A stretch of 64,000 nucleotides of DNA, from positions 1,434,658 to 1,498,657 of the forward strand of contig CBDFIQ010000001.1 of assembly GCA_965248195.1 (NCBI GenBank), in the 5' to 3' direction. This document shows, piece after piece, positions 1-10,003 of this stretch. Position numbers and translations under genes: made by a program. Position 1 is the stretch's first letter. The number at the start of each line of letters is the position of its first letter. Source of the DNA: Longimicrobiales bacterium. Lineage in GTDB: Bacteria > Gemmatimonadota > Gemmatimonadetes > Longimicrobiales > Gaopeijiaceae. The notes beneath the pieces are model-generated. The model was not told where the DNA came from and made no database searches. It saw only the letters and a program-made list of their open reading frames with translations.

Positions 1-226
1 CCTGCGTGAAGACCTCCACCACGCTTCCGGACGGGACCGTCAGCACGGGCGGAATCGTTCGACTCCAGCGTGCGTGGGTGTTTTCAGCGGCCAGGGTGAA
101 TTGTGGCTCGGGCACCGGGTCGCCGGCCGCGGCCTGAGGCTCCTCACCGGCACGGGCGCAGGCCGCCGCTCCTAGGGCGAAAAAGATGAGACAACCGGCA
201 CGATGCAGACGAACGCTGATCGCCAT
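1..226 (-). CDS. Acetamidase/formamidase-family lipoprotein, 5' part (runs off the window)
   Basis: ATG at 226 with an AGGAGG RBS at 231-236. Translates MAISVRLHRAGCLIFFALGAAAC...THARWSRTIPPVLTVPSGSVVEVFTQ, typical of an FmdA/AmdA N-terminus. Confidence 0.6.
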   Translation of the reverse strand, partial: MAISVRLHRAGCLIFFALGAAACARAGEEPQAAAGDPVPEPQFTLAAENTHARWSRTIPPVLTVPSGSVVEVFTQ

Positions 227-406
227 GGGACCTCCTCGATCCGGTGGGAGTGGTCGACGGCAGAAACTAAGCTGCTTATCGAGGTGGATGCCAACGGCGG
301 TGCGTGCGTCGTACCTTGCTGATGGCCGTGAGGACACCCATCTTACCGGCCGTTCCCGCTCCCGAAGATAGCGCTGTGGCGCTTGGCCAAAGAGGAGGAT
401 CGAAAC

Positions 407-1222
407 ATGAAGCTGCTACTGACCGCCGTTGCGATACTGTCGCTCGTCTCGCCAGCGTACGCCCAGCTCGCGCCCGTAAACGACATGGGGGTGACGTATG
501 GTCATGTCCATCTGAACGTCGCAGACATCGATGCGAGCATGCTGCTATTCGCGGAGCATTTTGGTGGGGAGATCGTCGTCAAGGGTTCACTCCATACTGT
601 GAAATTCCCCAATTTCCTACTGGCTTTCTCAGGGAATGAGCCCACTAGTGGGTCCGGCGGCACGGTGATGGACCACTTTGGCTTTAAGGTCCGTGACATC
701 GAGCCTGTCCTGGCGGGTTGGCAGGCGGCTGGTTTGGAGACGCAGGAGCCGTTTGTCGGAGCCGAGGGGTACCAGAATGCTTTTGTGATTACCCCGGAGG
801 GGCTACGGGTGGAGCTACAGGAAGATCCCCAGCTGCCAATGAAGGCAATTGGGTATCACATCCACTTTTGGACTGACCAGTCCGAGACTACATCCGAGAG
901 CTTAATGAACTGGTACGCCGATCACTTCGGTGCCGAGATCCACCCTAGGGGCCGGATCCAGACTAGTGCGAACGTACCTGGCATGAACCTTAGCTTCGGC
1001 AATTGCAGTGGGGGGGGTTGTACGCCCACTCAGGGTACCGCGATCGATCACGTCGGCTTTGAGGTCGACAATCTCGAAGAGTTCGTCGCACAGCTGCAGG
1101 CGCGGGGTGTCGAGTTCACGACCCCGTATCGCTACATCGAAAGCCTTGAGCTGGGCATCGCGTACTTTGTGGATCCTGCAGGCGTCCGCGTCGAGCTGAC
1201 GGAGGGCTACGACGCGTACTGA
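407..1222 (+). CDS. Secreted VOC/glyoxalase-family protein (two VOC domains)
   Basis: GAGGAGG RBS before ATG 407; signal peptide; HVHLNV, DHFGF, HIHF, DHVGF and VEL motifs. Confidence 0.8.
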   Translation: MKLLLTAVAILSLVSPAYAQLAPVNDMGVTYGHVHLNVADIDASMLLFAEHFGGEIVVKGSLHTVKFPNFLLAFSGNEPTSGSGGTVMDHFGFKVRDIEPVLAGWQAAGLETQEPFVGAEGYQNAFVITPEGLRVELQEDPQLPMKAIGYHIHFWTDQSETTSESLMNWYADHFGAEIHPRGRIQTSANVPGMNLSFGNCSGGGCTPTQGTAIDHVGFEVDNLEEFVAQLQARGVEFTTPYRYIESLELGIAYFVDPAGVRVELTEGYDAY

Positions 1223-1369
1223 CGCGAGGGGCGGGCACGGTGGACTCGGCTGCGGACCTCACAAGAACTCGGTCCGCGGCCGTTTCCCTCGCCCCACATG
1301 GATGTTCCCCTCCTGATCGTCGGAGCACAAAGGCCGCCGGTCGGGATCGAGACCGCTTCGGAGGATCCG

Positions 1370-2461
1370 GTGCGGAAGCTGACTTGGCTATTCGTCCTCA
1401 TTCTGATGCTCGGCATGGGTGTGTCGACGCCTGCGGCCCCCCAAGCCACACCCCCGGGCGTGCTGCGAGCCGACTTCCTCTTCGACAGCGCGCCATTTCC
1501 GAGCGTCCACGCCTCGACGATCGTCGAGGCTGGTGAAGGTCTCGTTGCGGCGTGGTTCGGCGGCACGCGTGAGGGTGCGCAGGACGTGGGCATCTGGATG
1601 TCGAGGCAGATGGCTGGCGAGTGGACCGAGCCGTTCGAGGTGGCCACCGGAGTCCAGCCCGACGCCACTCGCTATCCGTGCTGGAACCCGGTGTTGTTCG
1701 CGGCGCCTGATGGCGTAGTGACGTTGTTCTACAAGGTGGGTCCCAGCCCGAGACGGTGGTGGGGCGTGGCCCGCACTTCTCAGGACGGCGGACGAACCTG
1801 GAGCGAGGCGAAGCGGTTGCCCGAGGGCATCCTCGGTCCGATCAAGAACAAGCCGGTGCGACTCGTCGACGGGTCGATCATCAGCCCGAGCAGCACCGAA
1901 ACGGATGAGCGTCCGAGCGCCTGGCGCATTCACTTCGAGCGGACCATCGACGGGGGCCGGTCATGGAGTGTGGTGCGCCCTCCCGCTGCTTTGGACGGAG
2001 CGGAGATCCAGGCGATCCAGCCCAGCATTCTGATCCATCCTGGGGGCCGGCTGCAGGCTGTGGGCCGTTCGCAACAGGGACGCGTGTTCGAGACCTGGTC
2101 AGACGATGATGGACGAAGCTGGAGTCCGGTCACGCTAACGGTGCTTCCCAACCCGAGCTCGGGGATCGATGCGGTGACACTCAGCAGCGGACGTCACCTG
2201 ATCGTCTACAACCACACGGCCCGGGGGCGCTCGCCGTTGAACGTCGCGGTCTCGCAGGACGGCCTGACCTGGGAGGCGGCGCTCGTGCTGGAGCGTGAGG
2301 TAGGCGAGTACTCGTACCCGGCCGTGATCCAGACTTCGGACGGCCTCGTGCACATCAGCTACACCTGGCGGCGCGAACGCATCAAGCACGTGGTTATCGA
2401 TCCGACTGAGCTCGTGTCGGTCCCGATGGCCGAAGGGGAGTGGCCCACGGACGTTCGGTGA
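1370..2461 (+). CDS. Exo-alpha-sialidase/BNR-repeat protein
   Basis: Asp-box repeats ([34 protein letters not shown]); HAST and EYSYP motifs; likely GTG start at 1370 after GGAGGA. Confidence 0.85.
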   Translation: MRKLTWLFVLILMLGMGVSTPAAPQATPPGVLRADFLFDSAPFPSVHASTIVEAGEGLVAAWFGGTREGAQDVGIWMSRQMAGEWTEPFEVATGVQPDATRYPCWNPVLFAAPDGVVTLFYKVGPSPRRWWGVARTSQDGGRTWSEAKRLPEGILGPIKNKPVRLVDGSIISPSSTETDERPSAWRIHFERTIDGGRSWSVVRPPAALDGAEIQAIQPSILIHPGGRLQAVGRSQQGRVFETWSDDDGRSWSPVTLTVLPNPSSGIDAVTLSSGRHLIVYNHTARGRSPLNVAVSQDGLTWEAALVLEREVGEYSYPAVIQTSDGLVHISYTWRRERIKHVVIDPTELVSVPMAEGEWPTDVR

Positions 2462-3507
2462 CCGGGGCTGAAAAGCATCCAACTTTCAGATTGTTGCCCA
2501 CTGAAAGTCGCGCGGGGGAAACAGCGGGGGAAACAGTGGAGTCACGCACACGAGCAATTTTGTTCTCGGCGTTGATCCTCATCGCCTCGGCATGCGGGCG
2601 AGCGGATCGCGACGTGGCCGTCGAGCGGGACGTCCGCATCGTCGTCGTGACCCACGGCCAATCGTCCGATCCGTTTTGGTCGGTCGTCGCCAACGGCGTC
2701 CGCGATGCGGCCTTGGACCTGGGCGTCCGAGTCGAGTATCAGGCGCCGGGCAGCTTCGACATGGTCGAGATGAACGACCTCATCGACGCGGCCGTGGCGT
2801 CGAGGCCGAACGGACTCGTGGTCTCGATCCCGGACCCGGACGCACTGTCGTCCGCGATCCGTGCCGCCCTGGATGCGGGCCTCCCAGTCATCTCCATCAA
2901 CTCGGGGGCCGACGTGTATCGAGAGCTCGGTGTCCTGGCGCACCTCGGCCAGCCCGAGTACGACGCGGGCTTCGCGGGCGGCGCTCGCATGGCGGCGGCG
3001 GGCGTCTCCAAGGCGTTATGCGTGAACCACGAGGTTGGCAACGCCGCTTTGGATGTTCGCTGCCAGGGGTTTGCGGACGCGCTCGGAGACGCCGGGGGAT
3101 CAGTCGACGTGCTGGCGGTCGATCTGGCCGACCCGGACGACACACAGCAGCGAGTCGCCGGCGCTCTCTCCGCGGATCGCGGAATCGACGGGATCCTCAC
3201 TCTCGGCCCCGCCGGCGCCGCGCCGACCCTTGCGGCGCTGAGGGAGACCGCCGGGGCGGGTGAAGTCGTTTTCGCCACGTTCGATCTGTCACCCAGCGTG
3301 CTCGAAGCCGTGCGGGACGGCGAGATGCTATTCGCGATCGACCAACAGCAATATCTGCAGGGGTACCTCGCGATCGTGCTCATGACGAACTTCATAGAGA
3401 TCGGTGGAGTTCCCGGGGGCGGCAGCGCGATCGCCACCGGCCCCGGTTTCGTTACCGCGGAGACGGCCGCGGATGTAATCGCTCTTTCAGAGAGCGGCGT
3501 GCGGTGA
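2440..3507 (+). CDS. Sugar (inositol/ribose-type) ABC transporter substrate-binding lipoprotein
   Basis: Lipobox ASAC; VVTHG..DPFWSVV and DQQQYLQGY motifs. The true start is probably GTG at about 2536. Confidence 0.9.
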   Translation: MAHGRSVTGAEKHPTFRLLPTESRAGETAGETVESRTRAILFSALILIASACGRADRDVAVERDVRIVVVTHGQSSDPFWSVVANGVRDAALDLGVRVEYQAPGSFDMVEMNDLIDAAVASRPNGLVVSIPDPDALSSAIRAALDAGLPVISINSGADVYRELGVLAHLGQPEYDAGFAGGARMAAAGVSKALCVNHEVGNAALDVRCQGFADALGDAGGSVDVLAVDLADPDDTQQRVAGALSADRGIDGILTLGPAGAAPTLAALRETAGAGEVVFATFDLSPSVLEAVRDGEMLFAIDQQQYLQGYLAIVLMTNFIEIGGVPGGGSAIATGPGFVTAETAADVIALSESGVR

Positions 3508-4505
3508 CTCCAGAGATCAGCGTCGTCAGACGCTTGCTCATCCGGCCGGAGCTCGGCGCGGTGGCCGGCGCCGTGTTGATCTGGGTCTTCTTCGCCACGG
3601 TCGCCGGCGAGCCCTTCCGCAGCGTCGCGGGGACCGCCTCCTACCTCAACGCCGCGGCTCCCCTCGGGATTCTCGCGGTGGCCGTCTCCCTGCTCATGAT
3701 CGGGGGGGAGTTCGATCTCTCGGTGGGCTCGATCATCGGGGCCGCTGGCATGTCGCTCATGTTGCTGACGAACCACTTCGGCTGGCCGTTCTGGGCGGCC
3801 GCCAGTGTCACCGCCGCTTTGAGCCTGGCAATCGGTTTCGGCAACGGCTACCTGGTCGTCCGCACGGGCTTGCCTTCCTTCATCGTGACGCTGGGCACCC
3901 TCTTCATCGTCCGAGGCCTGACCATCGGCATCACCAGACAACTCAGCGGGCGGACGCAACTCGGGGGCCTGGACGAGGCGGGTGGATTCGAGTCGGCCTC
4001 GGTCTTCTTCGGGAGCGACCTCATCGGGCCCTTCCGTGTCTCGATCTTATGGTGGATCGGGCTCGCCGCCGTGGCAACCTGGGTGCTACTGCGCACGCCC
4101 TACGGCAACTGGATTCTAGGGGCGGGCGGTGCCCCAGACGCGGCTCGGAACATGGGTGTGCCCGTCGAGCGCGTGAAGATCAGCCTGTTCATGACGACGG
4201 CCGGGGCCGCATGTCTCGTCGCGATCGTACAGGCCGTGCGCTTTACGGGCGCGGATGTGCTGCGCGGGGAGCTTCAGGAATTCCGCGCCATCATCGCCGT
4301 GGTCATCGGCGGCACTCTACTCACGGGCGGCTACGGCTCGGCTGTCGGGGCGGTGTTCGGTGCTCTCATCTTCGGGATGGTGCGGCAGGGGATCGTGATG
4401 ACCGGTGTCGACGCCGACTGGTTCCAGGTTTTTCTTGGAGCGACACTCGTGGTCGCCGTGATCTTCAACGATTTCGTTCGGAAGAAGGCGACCGAGACAC
4501 CATGA
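3504..4505 (+). CDS. Sugar ABC transporter permease
   Basis: [18 protein letters not shown] and [13 protein letters not shown] motifs; overlaps the upstream stop codon. Confidence 0.92.
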   Translation: MTPEISVVRRLLIRPELGAVAGAVLIWVFFATVAGEPFRSVAGTASYLNAAAPLGILAVAVSLLMIGGEFDLSVGSIIGAAGMSLMLLTNHFGWPFWAAASVTAALSLAIGFGNGYLVVRTGLPSFIVTLGTLFIVRGLTIGITRQLSGRTQLGGLDEAGGFESASVFFGSDLIGPFRVSILWWIGLAAVATWVLLRTPYGNWILGAGGAPDAARNMGVPVERVKISLFMTTAGAACLVAIVQAVRFTGADVLRGELQEFRAIIAVVIGGTLLTGGYGSAVGAVFGALIFGMVRQGIVMTGVDADWFQVFLGATLVVAVIFNDFVRKKATETP

Positions 4506-5152
4506 GCCACCTCGCCCCTCGCCTGCTCGAGGTCCGGAACGTGTCGAAGTATTTCGGCAACCTGACGGCATTGGACGATGCGTCGATGTCGGTGCGGGCC
4601 GGTCAGGTGACCTGTCTTCTCGGCGACAACGGGGCCGGAAAGTCCACCTTGGTCAAGATCCTTTCCGGGGCACTCAGGCCTTCGGCCGGCCGGTACGAAG
4701 TAGGAGGTGAATCGGTCCACTTCGCCTCGCCTCTCGACGCCCGCGAGCGGGGAATCGCCACGGTGTACCAGGATCTGGCGATGATCCCGCTCCTGAGCGT
4801 GTGGCGCAACTTCTTCCTCGGCTCGGAGCCCACTAGAGGATGGGGACCGTTCAAGCGCATCGACGTGAAGCGGTGCGACCGGATTGCACGCGAGGCACTC
4901 GAAGACATGGGGATCGAAGTCCACGATTCCGCGCGCGCCGTGGGGACGCTCTCGGGTGGTGAACGCCAGTCGGTAGCCGTCGCTCGGGCAGTCTATTTCG
5001 GCGCCAAGATACTCATCCTCGACGAGCCGACCGCCGCGCTCGGCGTCAAGCAGGCCGGAATCGTGCTCCGCTACATCACGCAGGCGAAGGAGAGCGGCAT
5101 CGGCGTCGTCTTCGTGACGCACAACCCCTATCACGCCTATCCCATCGGCGAC
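4502..5152 (+). pseudogene. Sugar ABC transporter ATP-binding protein, 3'-truncated by IS256
   Basis: Walker [22 protein letters not shown] and H-loop VTHN; the frame enters the IS256 end at 5153. Confidence 0.85.
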
Positions 5153-6528
5153 GGTAGTGTCCCTAGATTTGTGTAAAAGCGGATAAGCTGGACAGGAGGG
5201 AAAGAAAAACGGAAGCTCCTCTGTTGTTGTTCACTGTCACATGAACCCGGGAGTCCGGGTCTGCAGAGCAGGCTCGGAACCGGAGAGGAGCTTCCGATGC
5301 AAGAGATTGTGGAGATCGGTCGGGCCACGCAAGACGAGCTACGCGATGATTTGCGCGAGCTGTTTCAAGGCGCGATCCGGCTGACGCTCGAGATGGTGCT
5401 GGAAGAGGAGCTGAAGGCCATGGTAGGTGCACGCCGCTTCGAGCGGGTGGGAAGCCGGAAGGACCATAGGAACGGCACATACCTGAGGCGGCTGCTGACG
5501 AGCCTGGGGCAGATCGAGGTCGCCATGCCCCGGAGCCGGGACAACGGTTCGCCGGCCGACGTGATCGGCCGCTACCAGCGCAGGAGCCCCGAGCTCGACG
5601 AGATGATGGTCGAGGCGTATGTGAGCGGCGTGTCACAGCGCAAGATGGGCGACGTCACCGAGGCGCTGATGGGCGAGCGTGTTGGGCGCTCGACGGTGAG
5701 TCGTGTGGCAAAACGGCTCGACGAGGCCGTGGAAGGGCTGCGCCGTGCGCCGATCGAGGGGCCTCACCCCTATCTGTACCTGGACGCCACGTTCTTGGAC
5801 GCCCGCTGGGCCCGCAAAGTCGAGAACGTGAGTGCGCTCGTGGCGTATGCAGTGGGCCCTGAGGGTCACCGACGGCTCCTGGCCGTCACGCTGGGCGCTG
5901 AGGAGTCGCAGCAGAGCTGGTCGGAGCTCCTCGAGCAACTCCAGGACCGCGGCCTCGGCGGTGTCGAGCTCGTGATCGCCGATGAGCACGCAGGCCTGGC
6001 AGCTGCGGTCCGCCGCTTCCTGCCCGAGGCACGCCGTCAGAGGTGTACGGTCCATCTGCAGCGTAATGTGGGGGCGAGGGTCCCCCACCGCCTACGCAAG
6101 CGCGTGGCGCGTGAGGTCTCGGTGATCTTCCAGACATCCGGACTCGCCGAGGCGAAGAAGCTCCTGGGCGAGTTCGGCGCACGCTGGAAGAAGGAGCTGC
6201 CCGAGGCCGTGGAGGTCCTGGAGCGGGGCTTCGGGGCAGCGACGCAGTTCTACGCGTTCCCCGAGGCGCACTGGCCCCGGCTGCGTACCACCAACAGCCT
6301 CGAGCGGCTGCACGGCGAGATCAAACGCAGGATCAAGGCCGCCGGCGCCTTCCCGGACCGGGCCAGCGCCCTCAGGCTCATCACGGCCGTCGCACTCAGG
6401 ACCACACACGTCTGGGGCGACCGGCGTTACCTCGACCTCTCACTCCTCCAGAAACAGGAGGTCGCCCAAGCAGCCTAGCCGAAGGCGAGGAGCTTCCTCC
6501 GCTTTTACACACAAATCGGGACTTGACC
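5153..6528 (+). mobile_element. IS256-family element (1376 bp), no target-site duplication
   Basis: Imperfect inverted repeats GGTAGTGTCCCTAGATTTGTGTAAAAGCGGA / GGTCAAGTCCCGATTTGTGTGTAAAAGCGGA; same ends and transposase as four copies at 29.9-40.6 kb; the flanks do not match each other. Confidence 0.95.
5297..6478 (+). CDS. IS256-family (Mutator) DDE transposase
   Basis: YLYLDAT, VIADEH, QRCTVHL and RTTNSLERLHGEIKRR motifs. Confidence 0.97.
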   Translation: MQEIVEIGRATQDELRDDLRELFQGAIRLTLEMVLEEELKAMVGARRFERVGSRKDHRNGTYLRRLLTSLGQIEVAMPRSRDNGSPADVIGRYQRRSPELDEMMVEAYVSGVSQRKMGDVTEALMGERVGRSTVSRVAKRLDEAVEGLRRAPIEGPHPYLYLDATFLDARWARKVENVSALVAYAVGPEGHRRLLAVTLGAEESQQSWSELLEQLQDRGLGGVELVIADEHAGLAAAVRRFLPEARRQRCTVHLQRNVGARVPHRLRKRVAREVSVIFQTSGLAEAKKLLGEFGARWKKELPEAVEVLERGFGAATQFYAFPEAHWPRLRTTNSLERLHGEIKRRIKAAGAFPDRASALRLITAVALRTTHVWGDRRYLDLSLLQKQEVAQAA

Positions 6529-6789
6529 AGGAAAGTCGTAGATCTCGCTCGGATCTTCGTGCCACTCCTCCAGGTCGCCGGTCGTGCGTCCCGGCCGTTT
6601 GAACTTCAGTCCATCCTGACCTCCCGTCCCACGTCGGAGCTTCAGATTGATGGGGAGATCCGGTACCCAGATGTACTCGTCCACGATGCTCTGGGACGGG
6701 AAAAGGTCCTCGAGGCGCTCGAAGCGCCTTCGGAATGCATCGGAGAGAACTCCGAAGCCCCGCCATTCCCAATGCGTTCCCAGAGCCAT
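6529..6789 (-). pseudogene. Hypothetical protein (possibly CYTH-like), 3'-truncated by IS256
   Basis: MALGTHWEWRGFG...YDFP runs directly into the IS256 end. Confidence 0.5.
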
Positions 6790-6868
6790 CGCGACCTCGA
6801 GTCCCCGGTGTGCCGTCCTGAAGATTGGCCGTAGCCCCGCGGCTCTCCTACCGGGGGGCGCCGTACGC

Positions 6869-7855
6869 CTAGCCCCTCGCTCGCCGCCGCATCGCCACGG
6901 CCCTCCGCGCGTCCAGGCGCCGGAGGCCGACATCCGCAGCGATCTCGAGCGCCTCGAGAAACTCGTCGGGGTGGAGGTGCCGATCGAGCTGCGCGTATCG
7001 GTCCCCTGACACCTTGCCCGCAGGATAGTACTGATCCATGACGTTCACGTAGGTGTCGGGCCCCAGCTCCTCGACGATCCACTCCAGGATGTTGCGCGTC
7101 TCATCGAGGCACCCCGGCATGACGAGGTGCCGGATCAGGACGCCTCGCTCAGCCAGCCCGTCGCCGTCGATGACGAGGTCACCCACCTGCTTGTGCATTT
7201 CCCGAATCGCGGCACGCACGGCCTCCGGATAATCCTCGGCCATCAGGTATTCCCGGCTCTTCTCTGAAGTCCAGAGCTTGAAGTCGGGCATGTAGATGTC
7301 TACCACGCCATCCATCCAGGTGAGGCTTTCCAGAGAGTCGTACGCCGAGGTGTTGTAGACGATGGGAAGGGTGAGCCCGCCGTCCACCGCCAGGCAGACC
7401 GCCTCGAGCACCTGAGGAACGACGTGCTCGGGAGTGACGAAGTTGATGTTGTGGCAGCCGCGGCGCTGGAGGCCCAACATCAGGGAGGCCAACTCCCCGG
7501 GTGGCAGTCCGGGCCGGGCGGGGCCGGGGCGCACACCCTGGCTGATGTCGAAGTTCTGGCAGAAGACGCAGCGGAGGTTGCAGTGGGAGAAGAAGATCGT
7601 TCCGGAGCCGTTCCAACCCCTGAGGCAGTCCTCCTCTCCAAAATGGGGGAAGGCACTGCCGACGACCGCGTAGCGTCCGGTCTTGCAGGCCGACCACTTC
7701 TCCTGCAGCCGATCGACGCGACAATCACGAGGGCAAGCACGGCAGTCGGCCAGGGACGCCACCGCCTGGAGGGAGCGCTCCTGGAGCTCGGAACGGCCGA
7801 GCCTGAGGTACGCAGGAAGGCTGCGAGGGCGACCGTCGGGTGTCACCTCGACCAC
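6869..7855 (-). CDS. Radical SAM protein, PflX-like
   Basis: CNLRCVFCQN (CxxxCxxC), N-terminal CRACPRDC, HFGEE, GCHNINFVTP and IRHLVMPG motifs. Confidence 0.9.
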   Translation of the reverse strand: MVEVTPDGRPRSLPAYLRLGRSELQERSLQAVASLADCRACPRDCRVDRLQEKWSACKTGRYAVVGSAFPHFGEEDCLRGWNGSGTIFFSHCNLRCVFCQNFDISQGVRPGPARPGLPPGELASLMLGLQRRGCHNINFVTPEHVVPQVLEAVCLAVDGGLTLPIVYNTSAYDSLESLTWMDGVVDIYMPDFKLWTSEKSREYLMAEDYPEAVRAAIREMHKQVGDLVIDGDGLAERGVLIRHLVMPGCLDETRNILEWIVEELGPDTYVNVMDQYYPAGKVSGDRYAQLDRHLHPDEFLEALEIAADVGLRRLDARRAVAMRRRARG

Positions 7856-8433
7856 CGGGGCAGGAAGCGCCCTGTGCGACGGGCGTAGTCACGATACTCC
7901 TGGCCAAACCGAGCCTCCAGCTCCGCCTCCTCTCTGGGCAGCCGCCAACGGACGAACGGGAGCATCGTAGCGGCCCCGGCGATAAAGATCCAGCTCGCCG
8001 CGACGAGTCCCAGGCCGGCGAAGATCAACCCACCCGCCGTGTAAAGCGGGTTCCGAATCCATCGATACGGACCCCTGGTTACTAGCTCGTGATCCTCATG
8101 TGTGATGACGGTAGGTGAGACATTGCGGCCCAACGCGCGTTGCGCAGAGGCCACGAACGGAATGAGTACGAGCACCACCGTTGCGCCCACCCACCTTAGC
8201 CAAGAGGGCACAGCGACGAACGACCAGTCCAAGAGCTGAGGGCGAATGATGTACACGAAGCAGGAACCCCACAGGAACAGGCCGGCAAGGCGCAGCACGA
8301 TCAACATCGCAAGGCCCTCCTTGGAATAGTCGATCCGCCGACCGGCCAGCGCCTTCCGCCGATACGTGCCGACGACCCCAAACAGAAGCAAGAACAAGGC
8401 GGCGAACACGAGCCGGAAGATCGTTTGCTCCAT
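7843..8433 (-). CDS. Isoprenylcysteine carboxyl methyltransferase (ICMT/Ste14) family membrane protein
   Basis: HELVTRGPYRWIRNPLY and EEAELEARFGQEY motifs; hydrophobic. Confidence 0.85.
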   Translation of the reverse strand: MEQTIFRLVFAALFLLLFGVVGTYRRKALAGRRIDYSKEGLAMLIVLRLAGLFLWGSCFVYIIRPQLLDWSFVAVPSWLRWVGATVVLVLIPFVASAQRALGRNVSPTVITHEDHELVTRGPYRWIRNPLYTAGGLIFAGLGLVAASWIFIAGAATMLPFVRWRLPREEAELEARFGQEYRDYARRTGRFLPRWSR

Positions 8434-8590
8434 GGTGCCGCCTAACATTTTGGGGGTTGCTCACGGGAGCCGTTCATGACCCGAGCATCCAAAATCCCCA
8501 ATACGGCGATCCATGCAAGGTTCATGACGGCGAGCGCGAACAGCAACGCCATCAACAGCCAGCAGCACCCGGGGTGCCTCCGTAGCCAGC

Positions 8591-9997
8591 CTAGTCGTCG
8601 AGGAAGTCGGGCGGGTGGCCCAGGCACTGGGAGGCCGTACCTAGCTCCCGCTCGGCCGCGAGCGCTACACCGAGGAGCGCCTCGTCCTGTCCGCCCGGTG
8701 CCACGAGCTGCAACCCGATCGGCATACCGTTTCCATCGATTCCGACCGGGATGCTGATCGCCGTGAGCCCGAGCACGCTGATCGGGTACGTGGGACGGAG
8801 GATTGCGGCATTCGCCTCGCCATATCGATCGAGGTCGGCGAGATCGGCCACGGGTGGCGGGGATACGATGTTGGCGGGGAACAAGAGGATGTCCGCGTCA
8901 TCGAAAAGTTTGTGGGCCTCGTTCGCCATTCTGCGATGGTCCGCCAGCGCGGTCTGGTACTCGGGGTCATCGGGTGGCAACCCCTGCTCGACCCGGGTCC
9001 TGACGATCGGATGCAGGATGTCCAGCCATCCGGGCAACTCACTCTCGAGGAAGGCACGGCATTCGGTCGAGGTGATCGGACGGCGACCCGCGGAAAGCTC
9101 GAACCCGTCGTCGAAGAGTCCACCGTCGATCTCGACGAGATTCCGGGCGCGGCCGCTCAGGTGAGAGATCACTGAATCGAGTTCGTCGCCAATGTCCGGC
9201 TCGCAGTCGTCCCAGATCCCACACTGCGGGAACGCCATGCGAACGCTCGCCAGCTCCGTGGTGGCAAGTCGCTCCAACAGCTCTCTGGGGGCACCCCACT
9301 GTGGGTCCACACAGCCGAAGAAGTAGATATAGTCCTCGACCGTGCGGGTGAGCGCACCGACGGTGTCGAGGGTATGACTCAGGGGCACCACGCCTTCCGT
9401 CGGCCAGCGACCCCTCGTAGTCCGCTGACCGACCGTCCCCGTGAGGGCTGCCGGAACACGGATGGACCCTCCCGTATCGGAGCCGAGGGCGATGAGCGCC
9501 GAACCCTCCCACAGGCTCACGCCCGCCCCTGACGATGATCCACCAGGTATCCGGTGCGTCTTCTCGTCCCACGGGTTCCAGGGGGTGTCCCAGTTCGGAT
9601 TGATGCCGACCGCTCCGAAGGCCATCTCCACCATGTGCGTCTTGCCGACCGTGATCGCGCCGGCCCCACGGAGTCGAGCGACGAGCCAGGCGTCCCGCGA
9701 CCACTTTTCGGGTAGCTGCCTCAGTGTTCCAGCAAACGTCGGGAGACCGTCGACGCCGTAGAGGTCTTTGACGGACATCGGGATGCCGGTAAGGGGCGGG
9801 GCGTCATCGTCGCGCGCCAGCAGTTGGTCTGCCGCACGGGCCGATTCGAGCGCCCTCTCCGCATCGAAGAGCTTGTACGCCTGCAGACGTTCTCCGAGCT
9901 GGTCGTGCCGATCGAGGGCAGCCGTCATCAGCTCCGTCGCGGAGAATTCGCGGCCCCGCAGGGCTGAAGCGATGTCGGCGATGGAGCGTGACAGCAT
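8591..9997 (-). CDS. Amidase signature family protein
   Basis: SVKDL, PGGSSSG and GSDTGGSIRVPA motifs. Confidence 0.93.
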   Translation of the reverse strand: MLSRSIADIASALRGREFSATELMTAALDRHDQLGERLQAYKLFDAERALESARAADQLLARDDDAPPLTGIPMSVKDLYGVDGLPTFAGTLRQLPEKWSRDAWLVARLRGAGAITVGKTHMVEMAFGAVGINPNWDTPWNPWDEKTHRIPGGSSSGAGVSLWEGSALIALGSDTGGSIRVPAALTGTVGQRTTRGRWPTEGVVPLSHTLDTVGALTRTVEDYIYFFGCVDPQWGAPRELLERLATTELASVRMAFPQCGIWDDCEPDIGDELDSVISHLSGRARNLVEIDGGLFDDGFELSAGRRPITSTECRAFLESELPGWLDILHPIVRTRVEQGLPPDDPEYQTALADHRRMANEAHKLFDDADILLFPANIVSPPPVADLADLDRYGEANAAILRPTYPISVLGLTAISIPVGIDGNGMPIGLQLVAPGGQDEALLGVALAAERELGTASQCLGHPPDFLDD

Positions 9998-10003
9998 CTC
10001 GTC

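Noticed and set aside
2512..2535. 12-bp tandem duplication GCGGGGGAAACA; also an 18-bp tandem near 22720-22755 and a 21-bp tandem near 59125-59168
   Set aside because: These are two-copy local duplications with no sign of function.
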